Positions 51,493 through 59,865 of a stretch of 59,906 nucleotides of DNA are shown one piece after another. The stretch is from the NCBI GenBank assembly GCA_048939015.1, contig JBHLPW010000011.1, positions 26,930 through 86,835 of the forward strand, given 5' to 3'. The translations under genes were made by a program, and so were the position numbers. This DNA is from Promethearchaeota archaeon (lineage in GTDB: Archaea > Asgardarchaeota > Lokiarchaeia > Sigyniarchaeales > SOKP01). The notes beneath the pieces are model-generated. The model saw nothing but the letters and a program-made list of their open reading frames with translations, did not search any database and was not told the origin of the DNA. Each line of letters begins with the position of its first letter. Position 1 is the first letter of the stretch.

Positions 51493-52986
51493 TTATTCTT
51501 CGACTTTTGTACCACACCATTTACAGAATTTTTCTGTCCCAGTAAGTTTACTTCCACATAAAGAACAAGTTTTTGCATCAGAAGGAGTAGTAATCGAAGG
51601 AGTACCAATTTGTCGTCCCTCTACTTTACCTCCGCAGCTAGGACAAAATTTGGAATCAGGTTTGAGTGGTGCGTTACAACGTTTGCACTTTTTCACTTTC
51701 TCTGGTTCTTCTGTCGTAGTTGTTTTATACGGTGAAATCTTAGTTTGTGTTTTTTCTGGTTCTTTTAATTTTAGTTTCTTCTGACCTTTTCGTGCTACAA
51801 CTGCGGCTATTAGTATAATAATGACAACAACAAGGACGATAATTAAGATCCATTGAACATCAAGCCATCTCTCTCTTGAAGTTACTCCTGTGTTATACGT
51901 CACATCAAATGTAATGATTGTAGATTCTTCTGGTGAAACCATCGGATCAAAATAAATAAAAAAATACCAATTTCCTGCTGAAGTTATTGAGTAAGAGTTC
52001 GAAAGGGTTACTCCTTCTTGAACATCTTGTGAATATATTCCTGACAGATCTATGACATCAGCAGCTGCATAATTTATAGTAAAATCAACATCAACAGATG
52101 ATACTCCGTCGTTATACCACACAATGTAATAATCATCTGAATTAGTTATAGTAAGCGATCCACTACTTTCATTCGTATTTATTGCACTTCTCAAAAATGA
52201 TGCTGAAGCTTCTTGATTCCAAGAATAGAAATTATTACTATCAGCAATAAAGAAATCAATCGAATTACTTGAGTTAAATTCATATTGAATTCCCGATCCC
52301 GCTCTTAAGTACCACCATTCAACCCAAATACCTTCATTACCTTGTACTGTTTTTGAATCAATAATGTCACTATATATCGTCGTTTTTGGGAGATTTTCAA
52401 ATGGACCATTCCAGATGATAAAAGTTAAATCACTTGATAATGATTGAACAGAGTAGTCTATGCTCCCAGATTCAACATATTCATATTCATACCAAAATTC
52501 ATTAAAATAAAGAGTTTCAGTAGAACGATAATTCACATAGCCATTTGTATCAGCACTACTAAAGGGGAACCAAAATGCTACACCCGCTATTGGTAATATT
52601 ATCAGTGCAAGGATTATCATAAATAGGATTCCTCCACCGACATATACCGGACTATAATACCACGGTCTATACCAGGATCCTGCCCAGTAAGGCGAATACC
52701 ACCATCTATAATACCAAGGACGGTGATACCACCAGTAAGGTCTATAATATCTGCGATGAGGTGTATAATATCTATGCGAATAGGGTCCGCTTGGAGATCT
52801 TGAAGTTATTCTGGCAGCACCAGTTCTTCCAAATGGAGTACCCGTTCGAGAGCCTCCACCCCTATATCCGCCGCTGAATCCACCACGGAAACCACCACTG
52901 AATCCACCACCACGAAATCCACCACCACTGAATCCACCACCACGAAATCCACCACCACGAAATCCACCACCTCCCCCGCGTGGCAT
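51493..52986 (-). CDS. Membrane protein with N-terminal RGG repeats, Tyr/Trp/Arg-rich segment, beta-rich extracytoplasmic domain and two C-terminal zinc ribbons
   Basis: (GGF[R/S]G)n start, two hydrophobic helices, CKRC..CPSC and CSLC..CKWC. Confidence 0.88.
   Translation of the reverse strand: MPRGGGGGFRGGGFRGGGFSGGGFRGGGFSGGFRGGFSGGYRGGGSRTGTPFGRTGAARITSRSPSGPYSHRYYTPHRRYYRPYWWYHRPWYYRWWYSPYWAGSWYRPWYYSPVYVGGGILFMIILALIILPIAGVAFWFPFSSADTNGYVNYRSTETLYFNEFWYEYEYVESGSIDYSVQSLSSDLTFIIWNGPFENLPKTTIYSDIIDSKTVQGNEGIWVEWWYLRAGSGIQYEFNSSNSIDFFIADSNNFYSWNQEASASFLRSAINTNESSGSLTITNSDDYYIVWYNDGVSSVDVDFTINYAAADVIDLSGIYSQDVQEGVTLSNSYSITSAGNWYFFIYFDPMVSPEESTIITFDVTYNTGVTSRERWLDVQWILIIVLVVVIIILIAAVVARKGQKKLKLKEPEKTQTKISPYKTTTTEEPEKVKKCKRCNAPLKPDSKFCPSCGGKVEGRQIGTPSITTPSDAKTCSLCGSKLTGTEKFCKWCGTKVEE
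52875..52970. repeat. 15/30-bp tandem coding repeat (GGF[R/S]G units)
   Basis: Exact 30-mer accaccactgaatccaccaccacgaaatcc at 52891 and 52921, flanked by related 15-mers. Confidence 0.9.
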
Positions 52987-52988
52987 AT

Positions 52989-53987
52989 TTAAGAAGACAC
53001 CTCGCTTGTTTTTACATCAGTTGCCTCTATTCCTCGAAAAATGTAATCTCTATAAATAGCTAATAAAAAGAGAATCATCGAAATTATCGACAAGGTTAAT
53101 CCAATAGGATCAATAGCAATAATGGGTTGTGTAGTAGTAGTAAATGCTATACTGAATAAAATCCATTCAAAAGCCATAAAGAATACTGCTAATCCCGGCA
53201 TTATTGTTCTTATTTTCCAGCCAGTTTCTAAATTTCTTGTATCAGAAAAACCAGTGTAAATAATAGAGAACAACCCAACTATTCCAGAAACCAACATTAA
53301 AATACTAAATATATCTATTACAATCCATATAGGATCTCTTAAAATATAATATGGCATTAAAAGTCCAGGACCTCTTACATCAAATAATGAAAAGATCAGT
53401 GTTGGATCTTCCCCCATTGGGCCCATACCAAGTAAACTCAGTAGATCACTATATTTTCCCGTAAAAAAACCAAAAATTCCAGATAATGGCAAAAGTATAC
53501 CAAGTGTGAATCCAATAATTGCACATACACTCCCGAACCAAAATTCAATTGCTTTAGTATTTTTTACCGGAATAAGTCCAATCTCATCAACAGTTTGATC
53601 TGGTATATAGCTCCAACAATCATGGATAGTAGCCACCCCGACAAGTTTTTCGTTTTCCACTACTGGTACAACATTTGCATTTAGATCTCGCATACGGGTA
53701 AATGCCTCAGTAACAGGAGTGTCTAATGTTACTGGTTTGATTTTATACATTGCTGATATGACTTTTTCAGTTTTAGTATTAGTTCCTTCTGCTACTACAT
53801 TTTGCACTATATCAAAATCAGCTATGATTCCGAGTACTTTCTGTTCTTCTCCTTTAACAACTACTAAATCTGGAACTCCTAATTCTTTCATCTTTTTTGC
53901 AGCGTCTTGAATCGAAGCATTTGAGTCAATAATTCCATATTCATCATTAATAACTAAATCTCTTATGTAATATTCTTTTAAAGACAT
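52989..53987 (-). CDS. CBS-pair protein with four-TM C-terminal domain
   Basis: SIQDAAKKM..LVVV..GIIADFDI; TPVTEAFTRM..VPVV..VGVATIHD; hydrophobic C-terminal half; 2 bp upstream of the RGG gene. Confidence 0.85.
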   Translation of the reverse strand: MSLKEYYIRDLVINDEYGIIDSNASIQDAAKKMKELGVPDLVVVKGEEQKVLGIIADFDIVQNVVAEGTNTKTEKVISAMYKIKPVTLDTPVTEAFTRMRDLNANVVPVVENEKLVGVATIHDCWSYIPDQTVDEIGLIPVKNTKAIEFWFGSVCAIIGFTLGILLPLSGIFGFFTGKYSDLLSLLGMGPMGEDPTLIFSLFDVRGPGLLMPYYILRDPIWIVIDIFSILMLVSGIVGLFSIIYTGFSDTRNLETGWKIRTIMPGLAVFFMAFEWILFSIAFTTTTQPIIAIDPIGLTLSIISMILFLLAIYRDYIFRGIEATDVKTSEVSS

Positions 53988-54234
53988 GGATTAAACATCC
54001 AATTTTTAATTAAATTATATTTTTATGATTTATCAAAAGAATGGAATATATAAATCTTTTTATTCACATATAATACCCTTTTATAAAAATGAATAGTAAA
54101 AATTGGTCTCTCTTTGTTTATTATTATGTACTTTATACAGTCTTTAATCTAATAAAAAAACAGAAAAAAAATAACTGATCTAAGTATTTTTTGGATCTTA
54201 TAGTTTCCAAATTAAATTTTTATTTATTATTATT

Positions 54235-54696
54235 TCAAAGAAATGCTTGCCAAGCTTTAACAATATCATCTCTATTAACTTTGTATTTCTTTTCAAGTTT
54301 TTTTAAATCAAGATGAGGTACAATTCCATCTTCCCATTGAGCATTGATGCTTCTAACAATTGTTCTTACGTGGTCTTCGTTATTGGTATAAATATCTATC
54401 TGTGTTGCATGATTCCCTGGATTGGGAACTATCGCTCCAGCCATCTTATCTGCTATCTCGACATATAAATTCATTTGAGGCGCCATATAATAAAAAGTAT
54501 TGTTTCTTCCACCTCCAGATTCATCTATAGCGATTGAAGATTCAATACTCTTCATCCAATTTTCTACAGTGTATGCAAGATCTGGTTTATATTTTGAAAA
54601 CTTCATTTTAAGATTTTTAGGACGTCCAAAAAATGTATACTTAGGAAGATTTGTTAAACCTAAACTTTCAGCTTCTTTCCGAACTTTTTTTCCCAT
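54235..54696 (-). CDS. Hypothetical protein
   Basis: ORF with likely start MGKKVRK at 54696 (upstream extension to 54744 looks like AT-rich intergenic sequence). Confidence 0.7.
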   Translation of the reverse strand: MGKKVRKEAESLGLTNLPKYTFFGRPKNLKMKFSKYKPDLAYTVENWMKSIESSIAIDESGGGRNNTFYYMAPQMNLYVEIADKMAGAIVPNPGNHATQIDIYTNNEDHVRTIVRSINAQWEDGIVPHLDLKKLEKKYKVNRDDIVKAWQAFL

Positions 54697-54788
54697 TTGT
54701 TTCCACTTTTTTTTATTATATATATTAAAGAGATAAATAATCAATTAATTCTAATCATTATCCTTTCTATAATAAAATATCTATAATT

Positions 54789-55583
54789 TTATGGAAATAA
54801 ATCTGATAATGAACTGAATGATTCGAGCACCATGAAAGGCTTTATTTTTGAAGATGCAGAATCAAAAAACTGCCCTTTTCCTGTCTTTACTAAAATCCCT
54901 TTGATGTCTGAATTGATTGCCCCTTGGATATCAGATTCTGGATCATCACCTATTACTATTACTTCATTTTGAGTAAGATTTAATTTTTTTAAAGCTTGCA
55001 AAAAATATTCTTTTGAGGGTTTTCCAAAAATTTTTGGAATAGTGTTTACTGCATATGCTATCATTTGTATAAAAGATCCTGTATCGATAACAGGTTCACC
55101 ATTAAGGTCGAGAAAATATCTATTTCCTTGTGTTCCAAGAAGTTTAGCTCCTTTTAGCACATATTTAAAAGCAGTATTTAGACGATTTACATCCCAATTA
55201 TCACGAAAATCACCCAAAATTACAAAATCTGGAATTTCATCACCTACCACTTTTGGGGTTTCTTCAAATTCTTTTTCTACTTCCTTGGTAGTGAGAAAAT
55301 ATGTTTTTTTTTCAGGATACTGAGATAAAAACTCTTTTAAAGCTATTATCGGTGTAAAAATTTCTTCCCTATTAATAGAAAATCCATAGTGCTGTAAAAT
55401 TTTTAGTATTGTTTTAGGGGATTTGCTATCTGTATTTGTAAAAAAAAGAAATTTTAATCCTATTTTTCGAAGTTTTGAAATAGTATCGATAGCTCCAAGA
55501 ATGGGGGCATCTTTAAAATAAAGAGTACCATCTATATCAGTTAGTATCCCTTTAACATTATCAAGATTGGTTCTATTACCCAT
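54789..55583 (-). CDS. HAD subfamily IIA hydrolase (LHPP/HDHD2-like)
   Basis: DIDGTL, FTNT, GKPS, IGDD..SDI.GA, LVKTGK. Confidence 0.92.
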   Translation of the reverse strand: MGNRTNLDNVKGILTDIDGTLYFKDAPILGAIDTISKLRKIGLKFLFFTNTDSKSPKTILKILQHYGFSINREEIFTPIIALKEFLSQYPEKKTYFLTTKEVEKEFEETPKVVGDEIPDFVILGDFRDNWDVNRLNTAFKYVLKGAKLLGTQGNRYFLDLNGEPVIDTGSFIQMIAYAVNTIPKIFGKPSKEYFLQALKKLNLTQNEVIVIGDDPESDIQGAINSDIKGILVKTGKGQFFDSASSKIKPFMVLESFSSLSDLFP

Positions 55584-55790
55584 TATTATTATAAATCAAT
55601 CGGCTATTTTAAATAATTAATCGAATATAATAAAAAAATCTTCGTGAAAGCTTCATTTTAATTCATAAGGAGTATAAACTTTATATCATATTGTTTATTA
55701 ACTATTTTTTCTATAAAATTAAAAATTTAAAGGTTTTAAGCCTCTATTAAGGAAAATTTATTTTTTCAATTAAAATTTTTAGTTTTTAAT

Positions 55791-55880
55791 AATAACAAAA
55801 ATGTTATTTATAAAATATTAATAACAAAAAATAACATTTAAATAGGTTGATTTTCAATATAAAATAACGAAGAATAACAT
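55791..55880. promoter_or_regulatory. Array of six AATAAC boxes upstream of the wHTH gene
   Basis: AATAAC at 55791, 55820, 55830, 55863, 55873 and inverted GTTATT at 55803; the two tandem pairs have 10-bp spacing. Confidence 0.55.
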
Positions 55881-55901
55881 TTCTTTGGTGATAATAAAAA
55901 A

Positions 55902-56216
55902 ATGTCAAATAAAGAAAAAATATTGGAATTGTTAAAAGAAAATGAATTAACAATCAAGGAGATCGCAACAAAAATGAATCTTTCTGAGAATGAAACAAGA
56001 GTCTACATTCATAGATTAAAAAGAAATGATTTAATCCAAGAAATTGGTAAAAAAAAGCGATATATTATCTATACAACTATCAAAGAAAAAGAAGATCTCG
56101 ATACTTCAATTCTTAAAAAAATGATTCCAAAATTTATCGAATATGGTATTAAACTTGATACCACTACAGAAAAAGAGGATAAAAGACTAATGGAGTTGAT
56201 TGAAACATGCCTATAG
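55902..56216 (+). CDS. Winged helix-turn-helix DNA-binding protein
   Basis: KILELLKENELTIKEIATKMNLSENETRVYIHRLKRNDLI. Confidence 0.85.
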   Translation: MSNKEKILELLKENELTIKEIATKMNLSENETRVYIHRLKRNDLIQEIGKKKRYIIYTTIKEKEDLDTSILKKMIPKFIEYGIKLDTTTEKEDKRLMELIETCL

Positions 56217-56479
56217 ATTTTAGTAAATATCAAAAGAAAGCAACTCAAAAAGTAAAAATTACTCCTGAAAAGAAAAAAGAACCTAAGATACAAAAACCAA
56301 CAGAAAAAGAATTAGAAGTTTCAGATGTTTTTTCTACAATGACAATAACTCAGGATGATTTATGGTTCTTTTATAGGTTAAAGACTGGAAAGGGAACACG
56401 ATTGCCTAAAAAGAATCTATTACCCGAATTAGCTGAAGTATTTAATAGAGAATTAAAAGAAATGAAAGGAGGTAAATAA
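56207..56479 (+). CDS. Lys-rich hypothetical protein
   Basis: Overlaps the wHTH stop; GGAG upstream; 3' end contains the GGAGGT SD for the next gene. Confidence 0.7.
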   Translation: MPIDFSKYQKKATQKVKITPEKKKEPKIQKPTEKELEVSDVFSTMTITQDDLWFFYRLKTGKGTRLPKKNLLPELAEVFNRELKEMKGGK

Positions 56480-56482
56480 AAA

Positions 56483-56914
56483 ATGTCAGAATGTAGATGT
56501 AAACGATGTGGGAGAGTTTTGACCAATAAGAAAAGCATAAAGCGTGGATATGGTTCCATATGCTATCAAATTGTCCAACTAAACGAACCAAAACCAAAAA
56601 CCAATGAAATACCAACCGAAATGATAAATGAAATTGACTTTTTAAAAATGGAAATAAACTTTCTGAAACGACAGCTGAAAGAACTAAGATTATCTGGAGT
56701 TCAAATCAATACAGATGCTATTGAACGAATCAGAAAGGAACCTGAAACTCCTGAAAAAATCGAAAATAAAGTGAATTTTATTGTGGTTATCAATGAGTTA
56801 AAGTTGATCTTTAAAGGAGAACAATTCGACTATCACGATGTCCTACAGCCAATAGAGTCTCGTACTTATATCGAAGAGTCTCCCATAGTAAAAGAAATAC
56901 TAATAACTAATTAA
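56483..56914 (+). CDS. DUF6011-type zinc finger plus coiled-coil protein
   Basis: CKRCGRVLTNKKSIKRGYGSIC matches the CxxCGRxLTxxxSxxxGxGPxC pattern. Confidence 0.85.
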   Translation: MSECRCKRCGRVLTNKKSIKRGYGSICYQIVQLNEPKPKTNEIPTEMINEIDFLKMEINFLKRQLKELRLSGVQINTDAIERIRKEPETPEKIENKVNFIVVINELKLIFKGEQFDYHDVLQPIESRTYIEESPIVKEILITN

Positions 56915-57069
56915 TTTTTTTCTTTTTGAATTTGTTCTTTAACCTTAATAATCTTTCGTTTAATATTTCTGGATTGTATAATAAGGTTTTTACGTTTTTC
57001 TAGTAACCTGTCCAGTTCAGTGGGTTCTTTCTTTTTTTCTGGCAATCCTAAAAATTTTGTCAATGAAAT
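56911..57069 (-). CDS. Small basic coiled-coil protein (50-52 aa), not in the ORF track
   Basis: (IS)LTKFLGLPEKKKEPTELDRLLEKRKNLIIQSRNIKRKIIKVKEQIQKEKN*; TTG at 57063 or ATT at 57069; GAGTGA SD and TTTAAAT box upstream. Confidence 0.55.
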   Translation of the reverse strand: MSLTKFLGLPEKKKEPTELDRLLEKRKNLIIQSRNIKRKIIKVKEQIQKEKN

Positions 57070-57155
57070 TTAACATCACTCTATTTACTTATTTTTTATT
57101 ATGTAAAAAGAACCATATCCTACATTTAAATATCACTAACTTTTCCTTTCCAGAT

Positions 57156-57200
57156 TAATATAACTGAGAACTATATAACCGACAGTAATATAACTGAGAG
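57156..57200. repeat. Three 15-bp tandem repeats
   Basis: taatataactgagaa / ctatataaccgacag / taatataactgagag; TATAAC core at 57159, 57174, 57189. Confidence 0.8.
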
Positions 57201-57596
57201 TTATCCTTTTTCTTTCATAATTGCTAATGTTTCATCAAAAACCTGCTGAGCTGGTATATCTAACCATTCTATTTTATCAAGATGAGGGTTTCCACCATCT
57301 GTAGGACCATTTCTTATAAGCAATTGGTCTAAATTATCGTCAAGTTGCCATACATACCTTATTTTATCCTTAAAATAATCCTGTATGAAAAAACGTGCAT
57401 AAGTAAGACCTCGTCCATTTGATGGAAGCTTTAATAGGTTTATATCATAATCCTCAAGAGTATGTTCATAAATTTCGTAGTCTTGTGGTTCAACTACAAC
57501 ATAAATATTTTCTGTTCCATCAATTAATTTTAAAGTACGTTGTTTAATAATATCTGATCTTCCACGTGATGGAATGGTTATGACTTGAGATTGCAT
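57201..57596 (-). pseudogene. Truncated GT-A fold glycosyltransferase, TET/JBP-associated (GREB1/JGT-like) type
   Basis: ITIPSRGR, YVVVEPQDYEIY, LPSNGRGLTYARFFI, VWQLDDN; stops about 45 aa after the DD motif, directly against the repeat array. Confidence 0.7.
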
Positions 57597-57607
57597 GTTA
57601 TTTAAAC

Positions 57608-58957
57608 CTATATAAAATATCTTTTTTCATCTGGTTCTATTAATAAAAGTTTTTCTTTATGTATTTTTTCACGATTAAATCCTTTACTTTTTGCTAATTC
57701 TTCTTGTTCGTTAAATGCTTTTGTTATTTTTTCTTTTATTGCTATTAAATCATTAACTTCTTTGTTTTCAATTATAATAAGTTTTATAGGTATTTCTAAT
57801 TCTTCAACAATTGTTGTTAAATTAGGATAAATCCAATTATTTTTTATTTCTTTTTTTGCTAAATAACTTTTATCTTTATAACCATAATATTCAAGAATAA
57901 CACCAACTCCAACTCTAAAAAAATAATCACATTCAATCGAATAAGGAATCCATCCCCAAGCATCTTGTATCAAATATTTTGGAACTTTCTTATTTAACCA
58001 TTTTCTAAGATTATTAGTTAATCTGATTTGGTAATGTGTAAGTACACCAATTCCTATTGTTAAATCTAAATCTCTGATAACTTCACATATTAACTCTTCT
58101 GCTCTTGAATCTATTTTTCTTCCTTCTAAATCACGCACACCAGTTGGGTCTATTGTAGGATTAACACCAATCTGTTGTGGAACTATATTATTATATTCAA
58201 CTTTATGTTTGTTTGATAGTTTTTCTAAATTAACTAATCTTTTATCCATACATTCTAATTTATTCATAACTTCGTCAATTTTTTTATTAAGAGTTTTATC
58301 AACAAATTTTTCTATTTTTTCTTCTGTTTCCTGTCTAAATTCTGGTGTTTCTACATGTCCATTATCCAAAAATTGTTTTACAACTTTTTTCTTATCTTCT
58401 TTATATACACTTGATGTGTTTTTTATAATTTCTTTAATTGCCTCAACTGACCATAAAATGGTATGTCCACGTCCAGAAAAGCGTTCCATACCAGAACGTT
58501 TTATCAACCCTCGAAGTATCATTTTATTGTTAATTCTAAATTTTCTTAAAGTAGAATCAGCAAGTCCAAGTTTATCTGCAACCTCTTTAGTTGTATACCA
58601 TTTTTTCTTTTCTTCTGTTTCTTGAATAACTATTATTGGATATTCTTTAATTTCTTCGGGTTCTGAAAAATTATCTGGAAGCAAATTCTTTTTAATAAGT
58701 TCGGTTGGTTTTTCTGTTTCTGTCTCTGTTATTGTATAAAAAAGTTTGTTTCCCTTTCCTTTTTTCCTTCTTTTTGTTAAGAACTTATTTCTTTCCATTT
58801 TATTTAGGATGCTCCCAACCATATTAATTAGTTTTTTCCGTTCTGTTTTCATTTTCCAAAGATCACTCATGCCATCTACAATTTCGTGTCTTGTTGCACA
58901 TTTTTTAATGTTGTAGAACTCTACAATTCTCCTTTTTACTGTTGCTTCTTCAAACAT
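57608..58957 (-). CDS. Multi-domain protein: wHTH + excisionase/MerR-like HTH + coiled coil + putative PD-(D/E)xK nuclease
   Basis: WYTTKEVADKLGLADSTLRK HTH; C-terminal DSRAEELI...CDYF...ILEYYG....Y..K...K pattern. Confidence 0.7.
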   Translation of the reverse strand: MFEEATVKRRIVEFYNIKKCATRHEIVDGMSDLWKMKTERKKLINMVGSILNKMERNKFLTKRRKKGKGNKLFYTITETETEKPTELIKKNLLPDNFSEPEEIKEYPIIVIQETEEKKKWYTTKEVADKLGLADSTLRKFRINNKMILRGLIKRSGMERFSGRGHTILWSVEAIKEIIKNTSSVYKEDKKKVVKQFLDNGHVETPEFRQETEEKIEKFVDKTLNKKIDEVMNKLECMDKRLVNLEKLSNKHKVEYNNIVPQQIGVNPTIDPTGVRDLEGRKIDSRAEELICEVIRDLDLTIGIGVLTHYQIRLTNNLRKWLNKKVPKYLIQDAWGWIPYSIECDYFFRVGVGVILEYYGYKDKSYLAKKEIKNNWIYPNLTTIVEELEIPIKLIIIENKEVNDLIAIKEKITKAFNEQEELAKSKGFNREKIHKEKLLLIEPDEKRYFI

Positions 58958-58980
58958 TTATTATTTTTCCTCTCTTAATT

Positions 58981-59607
58981 TCATTCTAATAATTTATGAT
59001 ATTTGAAAAGACCTTGATTCCTAAGTTTCTTCTCAATTTTTATTCCATTTTTAATTTCTGTTAATGAAACTAAACTTTTTTTATTAAACAATGATGGTTC
59101 CATCACATAGATCTCTCTTGTTCTATATTTTCCTTTTTCTCTAATTGTAGAATTCATACAACAATATCGATACTCACTTTCTAATATTTCAAGAGGGAAT
59201 TGCTTTCTTACTTCTTTTACATGCATAAAAAGTATTTCATAAATATCTACATTAGTTTTGTTTTTAAAATAAACATTGCAAACTATTGTATCATCACTAT
59301 AAGTCTTATACCATGATGGTTTACCAGTTTCTATATCATATATCGTCTCAAATACAATATTCCTATTTGGATATCTATGTGATTTAAATTGCCAAAACCC
59401 ATTAGATAAAGCATCGATACCATGTTTCTGCATTTCTTTTTCTTTATTTGTTTTGAATCCAATAATTCTTGACAGTCCAAAGTAGTTTTTCACAAGTTCT
59501 CCATAATATTTAATAACTTCATCATATGTTCTTACTTCTTTTCTTTTACCAAACTTAAGATTATCTATATAATCTTCTACTTTATCGTTAAGATCGATAT
59601 CAACCAT
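58981..59607 (-). CDS. Putative PD-(D/E)xK superfamily nuclease, virus-like
   Basis: QKHGID...WQFKS...NIVFET...GKPSWY pattern. Confidence 0.6.
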   Translation of the reverse strand: MVDIDLNDKVEDYIDNLKFGKRKEVRTYDEVIKYYGELVKNYFGLSRIIGFKTNKEKEMQKHGIDALSNGFWQFKSHRYPNRNIVFETIYDIETGKPSWYKTYSDDTIVCNVYFKNKTNVDIYEILFMHVKEVRKQFPLEILESEYRYCCMNSTIREKGKYRTREIYVMEPSLFNKKSLVSLTEIKNGIKIEKKLRNQGLFKYHKLLE

Positions 59608-59613
59608 TTTATT

Positions 59614-59865
59614 TCATCTCCAGTTCCCCAATATAAATCCTATATTTTTTTCTTGATATTTTTTTGGTAAATCCAATCCAAAAAATTTAATACAATGTGG
59701 TTGTCTTCTGCTTGGTACCAGGTCAAAGTTCCAACATCGTTCTGGTGAACAGTCACAATTAACAGATTCACCACAATGAAAATTCGTTGCCTTCAGTGCA
59801 AAATACTTTTTTATTTCATAGAACCTATAACAAAAAGTAAAACATAAATGCCATTTTTTACCTAT
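59614..59865 (-). CDS. Possible Cys-rich 83 aa protein with no ATG/GTG/TTG start near its 5' end
   Basis: Stop-free frame IGKKWHLCFTFCYRF...HCGESVNCDCSPERCW...NWR* ending 6 bp before the next ATG. Confidence 0.3.
   Translation of the reverse strand: MGKKWHLCFTFCYRFYEIKKYFALKATNFHCGESVNCDCSPERCWNFDLVPSRRQPHCIKFFGLDLPKKYQEKNIGFILGNWR

Noticed and set aside
52875-52970. GC-rich repeat as a CRISPR or RNA gene
   Set aside because: Fully explained as coding sequence for GGF[R/S]G repeats on the minus strand
403-55323. Short antisense or out-of-frame ORFs in the track (e.g. 403-627, 1451-1645, 5071-5328, 7724-7906, 13966-14358, 14713-15006, 15118-15342, 18915-19127, 23030-23215, 33298-33558, 33688-33900, 35471-35656, 41470-41652, 45519-45749, 51354-51608, 53719-53910, 54500-54736, 55042-55323)
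   Set aside because: Shadows of well-supported genes on the opposite strand or frame; no motifs
55584-55901. tRNA or att site at the left edge of the putative element
   Set aside because: No cloverleaf or GC-rich stem visible; an att duplicate cannot be assessed because the other end lies outside the window
57156-57200. Possible mini-CRISPR array
   Set aside because: Units are 15 bp and contiguous with no spacers; no cas genes
56069-58625. ORFs 56069-56293, 56371-56559 and 58209-58625
   Set aside because: Antisense to better-supported, SD-linked genes
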